From the NCBI RefSeq assembly GCF_001194135.2, contig NC_068981.1, positions 187,027,109 to 187,089,381 on the forward strand: DNA of 62,273 nucleotides. The letters are read 5' to 3'. Every line of letters starts with the position of its first letter. Within the stretch, counting starts at the first letter, position 1. Below, piece after piece: positions 1 to 10,900 of the stretch. This DNA comes from Octopus bimaculoides. Lineage: Eukaryota. The position numbers and the translations under genes were made by a program. The notes under the pieces are model-generated. The model saw only the letters and a list, made by a program, of their open reading frames with translations. It ran no database searches and was not told where the DNA came from.

Positions 1-130
1 TTAATGCGCTAGAAATAGATCACATTTTGTGTCTATTAAGACCTAAAAAGTTCTCAACATGAAATATAGCAGCATACCAAAAACGTGAGCGGGCAAGACA
101 TTTAAAATCACCTAAAAAAAAATCATTATT

Positions 131-196
131 AAACAGGAACCAGGTTTCGGATTTAACAAATTCTTACCATTTGTCTATTCCTCATCAGCCTGATTT
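131..196 (-). ncRNA. Candidate minimal type I hammerhead ribozyme
   Basis: CUGAUGA (188-182), stem II closed by G-C, GAAAC, 2-bp stem III, GUU triplet, stem I CAGG/CCUG; activity untested. Confidence 0.45.
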
Positions 197-400
197 GTAA
201 TGTAGCAGCAATTTTCAGAATCGTATACATAGTTGCCCACCGCCATGTGTGCGCGTGCATATGGTTCTGCTAATTACAGCTTAATGGTAAAGTTCAAAAG
301 TCTTCGTTTTGGCGCACTAATTCCAGGAATATATCCGCAGAAACTATTTACTGCGTCGAATATATTCAGAATGAGAATATGAGTAATGGGTGTCATTATT
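150..400 (-). promoter_or_regulatory. CpG-retaining segment, possible promoter/first exon of a downstream minus-strand gene
   Basis: Many CpGs against a CpG-poor background; ATGGCGG (YY1/start-like) at 246-240; GCGCGTGCAT NRF1-like motif; donor ATG|gtaaga at 168/167. Confidence 0.35.
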
Positions 401-434
401 ACACTACGGTTTTTTTGGGGTCACCCTGTATGTG

Positions 435-468
<34 letters not shown>

Positions 469-484
469 CTAACACACATATATA

Positions 485-1039
485 CAGGGTGACCCAAAAA
501 AAACCGAGCCCACAAACTTTTGAATAAAACGATGCAGAGGGATAGATCGAGATGAGCGGTGGTTACAGCAAGATGGGGCCACTCCCATCGCATCAAATAA
601 CTCCCTAGCCTGGGCGAGACAACGATTTCGGGCGAGACAACGATTTCAGAAGAGACTGATCAGCAGGAAGTGTGTGACGTTGAGTGGGCACCACATTCAC
701 CGGACTTGAACCCCACCAGATTCTTATCTGCGGGGTTATCTCAAGGATAATGCTTATCAGAACACTCCCTCAAACGATTGGTGAACTGAAGACAACAATC
801 ACAGCAGAAATCAGGGAAATCCCCAGAGGAAAGTGTTTGAGTAATTGACAATCTTGCATGACGTATGCAAGTGTTTGTGCAACGTATGCCATTTGGAGCA
901 TATTTTGAAAAGAGCATGACATTTATGCAAAGGGAATGATCGTACACAGACCAAAGTCCAGCAAATTTCTTTTGAAATTTGCTGGACCTTTGTAGGATTT
1001 AATAAAATTTTTATGGGTTGTTTTTTTGGGGTCACCCTG
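485..1039 (+). mobile_element. Internally deleted Tc1/mariner DNA transposon
   Basis: TA-cagggtgacccaaaaaaaacc ... gttttttttggggtcaccctg-TA terminal inverted repeats; broken transposase remnants QQDGATP, WAPHSPDLNP, YLKDNAYQNTPQTIGELKTTITAEIREIP. A solo TIR of the same family lies at 408-428. Confidence 0.9.
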
Positions 1040-1340
1040 TAAGTTGCGACACTAACGTTCTTCTCTGGACATATGTTGCTCACTGAAGAAAAGTGGTTTA
1101 ATTATTGAAAAGCTTAACCCCATGGCAATGGGCTTTTTCTATCAGGCAATTAGGTTACACCAACGGTATTCATCTCAGCCAAGATCAGCAATTAACACAC
1201 GACAATGGTTTGGCGTATATTTACGTCAACCGCTTTAAAGTGTGCACTGTTTATTTATGTAAACTGTCATCACTGCGTGGACCGTAAATTCAATGAAAGT
1301 GGCATGGTTGGATGCAACCTAGGTGCATTGGTATCAAGCC

Positions 1341-1375
<35 letters not shown>

Positions 1376-1379
1376 GAAC

Positions 1380-1590
1380 GATGGCAGAATTGTTAGCACG
1401 CCGGGCGAAATGCTAAGCAGCATGTCATCCATCTTTACGTTCTGAGTTCAAATTCCACCGAGGTCAACTTTGCCTTTCATCCTTTTGTGGTCAGTAAATT
1501 AAGTACCAGCTGTGTACTGGGGTTGATCTAATCAATTGGCCCTCCTCCCCAAAAAGTGCAGGCCTTGTGCCTAGAGTAAAAAAGATGATA

Positions 1591-1623
<33 letters not shown>

Positions 1624-1826
1624 GAAGACGGCAAGCGCTGGCAGAATGCTAAGCAGCATGTCATCCATCTTTACGTTCTGAGTTCAAATTCCACCGAGGT
1701 CAACTTTGCTTTTCATCCTTTCAGGATTGATAAATTTAGTACCACTGAAACACTGGGGTTGATGTAATCGACTAGCACCCCCACCCAAAAAAAATTTCAG
1801 GCCTTGTGCCAATAGTAGAAAGGATT
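1380..1826 (+). mobile_element. Two tandem tRNA-head SINE copies (~1380-1583 and ~1625-1826) separated and flanked by (TTA)n
   Basis: Both share a B-box-like gttcaaattcc and the core gaggtcaactttgc(c/t)tttcatccttt...gataaatt(a/t)agtacca. Related copies at ~9290-9497 (+) and ~7130-7280, ~7380-7500, ~9100-9270, ~21300-21480 (-). Confidence 0.82.
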
Positions 1827-1860
1827 ACCATCATCATTATATAGAAATTGAATACTTTAC

Positions 1861-1983
1861 TTTTCGTTTTTCTTCCATCTCTCTTCTCTTTTTACGTTCT
1901 GCTTCTTCTTCCTTCTCTAACTCTCTTCGCCTCTGTTCTCGTTCTAATTGCCGTTGTCGCCGTTCTCTTTCTCGATCTGCAAT
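1861..1983 (-). CDS. ACIN1: ACIN1 exon [41 protein letters not shown] (R/E-rich tail; 3' boundary uncertain)
   Basis: Acceptor ttgttgcttag|ATT. Putative weak donor AAA|gtaaag; otherwise the frame reads on as VKYSISI to TAA at 1839-1837. Confidence 0.85.
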
Positions 1984-4900
1984 CTAAGCAACAATTGGTC
2001 ACCTTTAGTTTCATGGAAACATTAACAAAAGAGACACCATATATTAACCAATCAAGTTCCTCGGTCACCCTGACTCCAGTTCCTACAGGATATTCGTGAA
2101 CAGTAACATTCTCGGTCACATAATTTCATTGGACAGAGGTTATGATAATCTCAAACCACCACACCCTTCATCATCAACATCCATCTTCCATGCGTGCATG
2201 AGTAGGATGGTTAACAGGAGCTGGCCAAGTAGAAAAACTACCCTAGGCTACTGTGCCTGTTTTGGCAGGGATTTTTCCAGCTGGATGCCCTTCTTAACAC
2301 CAGCAGAACCCTGAAACCATGTAACATGAAACAAATAATTCTAACCATGATAAATCTTGTAGTCTTGTGATGTCATCAATATCGTTAATTCCAGCATATT
2401 TCATCACAAGGTAAATAGAAATTCTTCATCATCATCATCATCATTTAATGTCTGTTTTCCCAGCTGGCATGGACTGGACAGTTTGGCAGGAGCTGGTAAG
2501 GCTCGGAGCCACACTAAGCATGCAGTACAGTTTGTAAAAGTGGTTGGTGTTAGGAAGGGCATCCAGCTGTAGAAATCATGCCAAAACAGACAACTGGAGC
2601 CTGGAGCAGCTCCCCAGCTTGCCAGCTCCTGTCAAACCGTCCAACCCATGCCAGCATAGGAAACAAACACTGAATGAAGATGACAATGATGATGATGAAA
2701 TGCTAATTTTATAGCATGTGCTGCATAAATTGCATAAGTTTTGTATGTGATACGAAATAAATGATCTTCATTTATGGAAACACAAACAACATTGATTTGG
2801 CTTTCCTACAATTAAAATAATTATATATTTCATCGGCACAGGCACGTGGGTGTGGCTAAAATGCTTGTTTTACAGTCACATGGCTTCAGGTTCAATTCAA
2901 CTGGACAAATGCCTTCCACTATAATCCCAGGTTGACCAATGCCTTATGAGCAAATCTGAATAACAAAAACTGTGTGGAAGCCTGTCATGTGTGTGTGTGT
3001 GTGGTTGTGTTTGGCCTCAAACCCCACCTTGACAACTAGCGTCAGTTTGTTCACATCCCCATTAAATTAGCAGTTCAGCAAAGGGGACTGATGGAATAAA
3101 TGTGTTAAAAAAAAAATGTACTGGAGTAAATTTGTTCAACTAAACCCTTCAAGCATGGCCGCAGTCCAATAACTGAAACTGGAGATAAAGAGAGACAAGA
3201 ATATTCTTACCTGACTTTCTGTTAGTGGCAACCAGTATATACACGGAACAGCTTTGGTTTTCCTAAATAAATCATCTAGTAATTTGGCAGGGGCTTCTTC
3301 TTCTATTACTTTCTTTTCTGCAAAACAATAAAACAAAAAAAATAAAATAACTACAGAAATCTATCTAGAGAATGTCATCTCAAACTTTTGGAAAACCAGG
3401 AAGACTGGGACACAGCAGTGAAAGCCAATCTCAAAATATCAAGGCTTATGAAGGAGATGATAGAAGAAGGAGATATGTGGCGCATTGCTGTACTCAAGAG
3501 GAGCCACCCCACCACAAGAGAACTGACAGTCTAAAACCACCTTGGTAATGCCAGTTCATAAAGGGCTCTGCCCTGTCAACTTTCACCTCCCACCCACATT
3601 TCGCTCCCTAACACCTAAAAAGCACTGGTGATGGTGACAGGGCCATGTAAAGAGCACTGGTGATGGGGCCACGGAAAGAGCACTGGTGATGGGGCCACGT
3701 AAAGAGCACTGGTGATGGTGCCACGTAAAGAACACTGGTGGTGGGGGCCACGTAAAAAGCAACTGGTGATGGTGACGGGGCCATGTAAAGAGCACTGGTG
3801 ATGGTGCCACGTAAAGAGCACTGGTGATGGTGCCATGTAAAGAGCACTGGTGATGGGGCCACGTAAAAAGCACTGGTGATGGGGCCACATAAAGAGCAAT
3901 GGTGATGGTTCCACATAAAGAGCAATGGTGATGGGGCCACGTAAAGAGCAATGGTGATAGTGTAAAAAGCACCCAGTACACACTGTAAAATGGCTGGCAG
4001 ATAAAGGGCATTCAGTTGTAGAAATGAAGCCAAAACAGACTATGAAACCTGGAGCAGCTCTTGGCCTTGCCAGCTCCTGTCTAACCCATACCAGCATGGA
4101 AAACAGACAATAAATGATGATGAAATATAGCCTGAAAAAATAAATCACTAATCACATGGGAACCAAACACCACACCTGTACATGTAGTGAATGGTTAAGA
4201 AGTTCGCTTTGCAATCACAAGCTCCTAGGTTCAATCTCACTCTATGGCATCTTGGGCAAATGACTTTTACTCTTGCCTCGAGTCAACCCAAGCCTTTTTG
4301 AGTGAAATTGGTAGGAAACCGTGTAGAAGCTTGTCAGAGGGATGCTTACTGCAATCCAAAGGCACAGTATTGTCACAATAGTGTCACACTACACAACTGT
4401 AGTGGAGGATTACTTTAATGGTAAACATGTCTGTGGAATACTCAACCACTTACATGCTAACTCAACAAACAGGTAATACAGTTGTTCAACCAAATGACCC
4501 AACTGATGGAGATCTTTTTATTAATACAGGAACAGAATACCTATTCACAAGAGACTCTAAAGCAAAACAACTGACATGAAGAATCCAGACGTCATTCCAG
4601 TATAAGGAGCTAAACTATGAAATGGCCTGCCATATATATTTCATTTTGGTCCATACTTCAAACCACAATGTCTAATGTTATTAAAAATATATTCTGAAAG
4701 TATAACTACAAAGGAAGACCTGTATATCTAACTGAAACCCTTATGACTCCTGGAGGTCCGTATAAAATTTTAGGGAGTCCATGCAAGAAAATAACAAATT
4801 GGGAGTCCACATAGTATTTGAGGGATCCAGACATATTTATTACAAGAAACAACTAGGTTTCTTTCTCTAATGCTTTACAACATGTTCCTGGCTGCTAAAA

Positions 4901-7900
4901 CATGTTTTCTCAGAGAGTGCTGTTGCTAACTTACACAAGTGAACATGTGAAAAACAAAATAAAACTTAAGACTTCTGAAAGAATTATCTGTAAAAGTATT
5001 ATTTAAACATCAAATGGCTATGGGGATTCACCAATGTAAAACTGGAATCCAAGGGATCCATAGATAAAAAATGGTTGAGAACCCCTGACTTAAGTATAAT
5101 TACAAGATGCAAAATGACTGAAAGATATCAGAAGCTCTGTGTGTGTGTAACTATAATATTAACCCTTTCATTACTGTATTTATTTTGAGATGCTCTGTGT
5201 TTCTTTTAATTACTTTTAATATAACAAAGAATTTAGTAAAATAACTTAGTTATCATTAAGCTAGTGTTAGGAACATAAATTGTGACTACGGTTTGGTGGA
5301 AGATTTTAATTCAAAACTTATGAAAACAAGACATTTATACTATAGGGCCAAAGTTGGTTTCAGCCAGGTTAGTAACGAAAGGGTTAAATCAGTTACCTTT
5401 CTTTTCTCTTTTTTCTCCACTTAGTGCCCGTTTTTTCCTTTCTCTGGACCTTGACCGAGACTGTGAACAAGACGCTGACCTCGACCGCCGTCTCATCTTA
5501 CCACGATCCCATTCTCTCACTTTTTTAATATCTTCTTTCTTCTTCATTTCTCGCACTGATTTCTCAGCCGATTTCACTGTTTTAACACTGACATCTTGCT
5601 GGATTTCTCGGATAATGTCCTGAGGGCCTTCCTCTTTGGAACGATAGTAACTCACCTGAAATGCAAGACAAGAAGTTAGAACTATGCATAACATATACAC
5701 AAGTAAATCATATCCCAATCAAAACTAATAAGATTCAATAAAATGCTTCAAATAATTATTTTAATTAACCCATTTGATACTTTTTAAATGGTTTAAATTT
5801 AAATCTTCCATCAGAATTTCATGTTAATCTATATTCCAAACAAATGCTAGCTTAATCCTTTAGCATTTAAATCGCCATATCCAGTTAAAATATTCTGCTC
5901 ATTTTATCTTAAACTGACCATATCTGGCCTATCACACTTACCCGAAAATATCGTTCTGCTTATGCCAGTGCCACATGACTGGCACCCATGCTGGTGGCAC
6001 ATAAGAAGCACCATTCGAGTGTGACTAATGCCAGTGCTACCCGACTGGCACCTGTTCCGATGGCATTTAAAAAGTACCATTCAAGTGTGGCCAATACCAG
6101 TGACACCTGACTGGCACCTGTGCTGGTGGCACGTAAAAAGTACCATTGAAGCATGGCCAATGCCAGTGCCGTCTGACTGGCACCCATGCCGATGGCACAT
6201 AAGAAGCACCATTCGAGTGTGACTAATGCCAGTTCTGCCTGACTGGCACCTGTGCCGGTGGTACATAAAAAGCACCATCCAAGCATGGTCAATGCCAGTG
6301 CTGCCTGACTGTCTGCCATGCCAGTGGCACGTAGAAAGCACCCACTAGACTCTCGGAGTGGTTGGCATTAGGAGGGACATCCAGCTATAGAAACATTGCC
6401 AGATCAGATTGGAGCCTGGGGCAGCCTCCTGGCTTGCCAGTCCTCTGTCAAACTGTCCAACCCATGCCAACATGGAAAGCAGACATTAAACGACGATGAT
6501 GATAATGATGATCACTGAAATCTCAGATCAATGCGAATAAATAAGCATTACGTTTGACAAAGAAATCTGAATGCTAAAGTAATGATAATGACAATGATAT
6601 TTTACAAAATTCTTCATTATTTTCAAAATTAATTGAAACAGAAAGGCATTACTCTTCAACAGAAATATGATAACAAAAGAATTTAAAACTACTTCTAAAA
6701 AGATTTTAAAAAACGTTGCAAAACTATCAAAATTCAGTTTACCTCATCATCTGTTGCATATTCTACTCGCAAAATTTTTGGATTAGAAGATGGCCATTTG
6801 GTTCCATGTAGAGCTTTTCTGGTTAGGATAGCTTGTTCTTCTGTTTCATACTAAATAAAGAAATAATTCAGAATATATTAGAAAAGAAATGAGAACATTT
6901 TTCTCGAGTCATTTTAGAAGTATGCTATTTATATTTAGTTAACATTTCCTAATTTTACAAGTAGATGTATATTTACTATTTGCAGGTAAAAATATAGCAT
7001 CTATTCAAAATAAAATTCATGATTTTACTTCATTTTTCAAATTTTAAAACATCAAACAACCTGAAAAGTCATTATAAATTATAAGACTAAAATAAGCTCA
7101 ATTTATTACAATATATGCAATAGTTTCTAATACAGGCACAAGGCCAGAAATTCGTCAGGAGTAGATCAATTTAACTGACCTTCATATGTGATTGGTACAT
7201 TATTTTATCAAATCCAAAAGATTAATGACAGATAAAAGTTCATCTTCACAGAATTTGAATTCAGAAGACAAAGAATCTTGACTATAAACCACAATTTGTT
7301 AAACACTAATAATTCTCAGTCTACTACCATATAATAATTTTGTTTTTTCTCTAATTTAATTCCAAGGCCAATTTCCAAAGGAGATAATTAGTTGATACTA
7401 AAACCTCAATACTTGACAGAAGTTTTATTTCCTTGACCCTGGAGGAATGAATGGCAATGTTGGCTTCATTCATGGGATTTGAACTGAAGGTCTTGTTTTG
7501 CAAGTTACTTGTTAACCACTGTTGCCAGTGTCACGTCAAAAAGCACCCTATACACTCTGTAAAATAGTTGACATTAGAAAGAGCATCCACCTGTAGAAAC
7601 CATGCTTAAGCAGATACTGGAGCCCAACAACATCGTCAGCTCACCATTGCCCCTATCAAACCATCCAACCATGCCAACATGAAAAACAGATGTTAAATGA
7701 TGATGATGGTGATTGGTAGGGGATCAGTCAATAAAATCGACCCCAGTACTTGACTGGTATATGTAAATAATAATAATAAAAAAACCTACCTTGGCAAAAC
7801 AATGGGATTTAATCTTGTCTATCCAGAAACCATTTTCCACAACTGCTCCAGTTCGTTTTAAAAGTTCCTTTAACTGACCAATTGTAAAAGGACGAACTAA

Positions 7901-10900
7901 ATTTCGGACATGCACTATCTTACTAACTGGATTATGAGCAGGTGATGGAGATCTCCGTGCAGCCATTGGTTCCTCGGGTTCAGTAATTGACAGCTGATGG
8001 CTGACCCTTCGAACAGTTAATGGGGACGTAAAAGTTTTGTTGGTCACTACCACAGCGGGGGCTTGTTGGTTAACAACTATTGGAGTGACAGGTTCTGAAA
8101 ACATACAAGTGTTAAGTTATTAGTACAGTGAGTCATGTTATGTGCAGTATTGTGTATTTAGTGCATACTACTAATATGTTGCAACATTATTCTACACCAG
8201 CAGTTTATAGAATGTGGCTTTGTTTATAGAATGACAGTTTAGAAACTTTGGCTTTGAATATTAAGAAATTCCTGTGTCTCAGCCTTTCCATAATGCAAAA
8301 ATAATTTATGTAAATTTTGCTATTTAAATATTAATGCAAGTTTACAGATGTTTCTAAACTAGATACAGAAGAAGAACTTCACTTAGTCTAACCCTTTCGT
8401 TACCAAACTGGCTGAAACCAACTCTGGCTCTATAGTATAAATGTCTTGTTTTCAGAAGTTTTGAATTAAAATCTTCCACCAAACCTTAGTCACAATATAT
8501 ATTCCTAACACTAGTTTAATGATAACTAAGATATTTTACTAAATTCTTTGTTACATTTAAAGTAATTGGAAGAAACACAGAGCATCTCAAAATAAATACA
8601 GTAACAAAAATGTTAAAGAACACAATACTCTTTGCACAACACAAATATTCAATAATGTTAAGACAAGAGTTTTAATAGCAAATAAGAATTATATAAGTCT
8701 TTGGTAAACAGTATAAATACTCAAACTGCAAATTTAGATTACAAACTTGTATTTATATTCAAGTATTTAACTTTTATTTTATTTATGAATAACTAATTTA
8801 ACCCTTCAACATTCAGATTACTGTCAAATGTAAGGATTATTTATCATTTTATTTTGTATTAAACATAGATTATCTTGTAGCTTTGAGTTTTTGAGGATGC
8901 GATTGTTAATTTTTAGAATAACATTGTAGAGTTAGTGCAAGAGGTTAGATCTAGCCAGTTGAAGCATGATACATGTAGATTATTTGGGTGGATACAACCA
9001 GTTTAAATGCTAAGGGGTTAATGGAAGTAAATAATAAACATCTGAAACCTTAGTCTACCTTAAAGGAGCACTAATCCAAAGAGAGGATATTCCCACTTAT
9101 TTTTTGCTAGTTTAAGTACAAGGTTAGTAATTTTTTGATGGGGGTGGTCCATCAACACCAGCAATAGACTGGTACTTTATTTTATCAACTCCAGAGAAAC
9201 AGAAGACAAATTTGACCCCAGCAGAATTTAAACTCAGAACATGAAGAATTGCTAATCCACTGCCGTAAGCACAGCTAATTAATAAAACTTGAATGTGGCA
9301 GAAATGTTAGCATGCTGGGCAAAATGCTTAGTGGTATTTTGTCTGCCGCTACATTCTGAGTTCAAATTCTGCCGAGGTTGACTTTGCCTTTCATCCTTTC
9401 AAGGTTGATAAATTAAGTAGCAGTTGCATACTTGGGTCAGTCTAATTGACTGGGACCCTCCCCAAAAATTTCGAGTTTTGTGCCTAGAGTAGAAAAGAAA
9501 ACTTGAATGTCTACTAAATATTTGCTTTAATATTACCTCTCTCAATTGGTGCAGCAGTCGCAGCAATGGGCACTGGTGCTGCAGCTGCAACTTCAGAAGA
9601 AACCTCCAAATCAGCATCAGTTAAGACTTCTCGTGCAGTAGTGACCAATTCAACTTCCTCCTCTTCCTCTTTCATCTAATCAACAACAAAAAAAGAAAAT
9701 CACTGAAGCTTGCACCAATTAAATTCCTGCATGTCAACATGCTAATGTAATACAATTAATCATGCTGGTACCACGTCAAAAGTACCGATGCTGGTACCAC
9801 ATAAAATGTATCCAGTACACTCTGTAAAGTAGCTGGCATCAGGAAAGGCAACTGACCAAAGAAATCATGCCAGAAAGGAGAATGGAACCTGGTGCAATCC
9901 CCAGCCTTACCAGCTCCTGTCATACAATCCAACTTATACCAGTATGGGAAACAGACATTAAATGATGATGATGCAGATCAGTTCTTGCAACTTCTTTCTA
10001 CTGGACTGTATGTCATATGAAATGTGGAGAATTCTGGAAAGTACCCCACCATTAAAAACAATTCAGTTCTCCTGTCTCAAGTGCACAAGCACAGAGCTGA
10101 GTATACACAGTTACTGAGCAATGATGGCCTAAACATTATTGTGAAAATTTTGCAAAAGACACAAAATACTTGCTGACCTCGTGGGTGCTGGTGCCTTGAT
10201 GGCCCTGCAGGTACTGGTTCCACATAAAAACCATCTGTGCTAGCGCCACATTAAAAGCACACATGCTGGCACCACATATAAGAGCACCTCAGAATACTCT
10301 ATGAAGTGGCTGGCATTAAGAAGGGCATCCAGCTGTAGAAACCATGCCAAAACAGACAACTGGAGCTTGGTGCAGCTCCCCAGCTCCTGTAAAACTGTCC
10401 AACCCCATGTCAGCATGGACATTAAATGATGAGGACATGATATATTAAACAACTAATATACAAAATAATACAATTGGTCCATAAAATAATACATACCTGT
10501 ACTGTTCTTCGGAACTTCACTTCCACTTTTTCTTCTTCGTGGTCAGAGAACGAACATTCATCGTGGCTGAGATCTAATATAGCCTCTTTTATAGAACTTG
10601 GTTTTATGTCAGGAATTAAACCCTAAAATAATCAATGTAAGTCAATATGATAAAATTCACAAAGATTTTTTTCTTTGCTCAATATTTAGCAAAACCATAG
10701 ATATTTAAGTTACCTTTAAGGAATCTGTAGAAATATCTATTGTCGTTGACTTGGTGGGTTTAGCACTGGTTCCCCATTTACGTTTACGTGGTACAGCAGA
10801 GGGAGCCGGTGCTGTAGCCTTCCCATCACATTTATCACTCGATTCTTCATTTTGCAACTTAACTACAACGCAAAATAAACAGAAAAATTAAAAACAACAG

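Noticed and set aside
1170-1275. C/D snoRNA (GUGAUGA ... CUGA on the minus strand)
   Set aside because: No terminal stem flanks the boxes; UTR or promoter-flank sequence is a simpler reading.
1380-1450. tRNA genes at SINE heads (also 2835, 33190, 55050)
   Set aside because: Only degenerate A/B boxes with no cloverleaf, and each continues into a SINE body.
3583-4148. Long ORFs at 3583-4148 and 5960-6341, and CRISPR-like periodicity
   Set aside because: They are translations of head-to-tail minisatellites inside a retroposon; there are no unique spacers or cas genes, and the DNA is eukaryotic.
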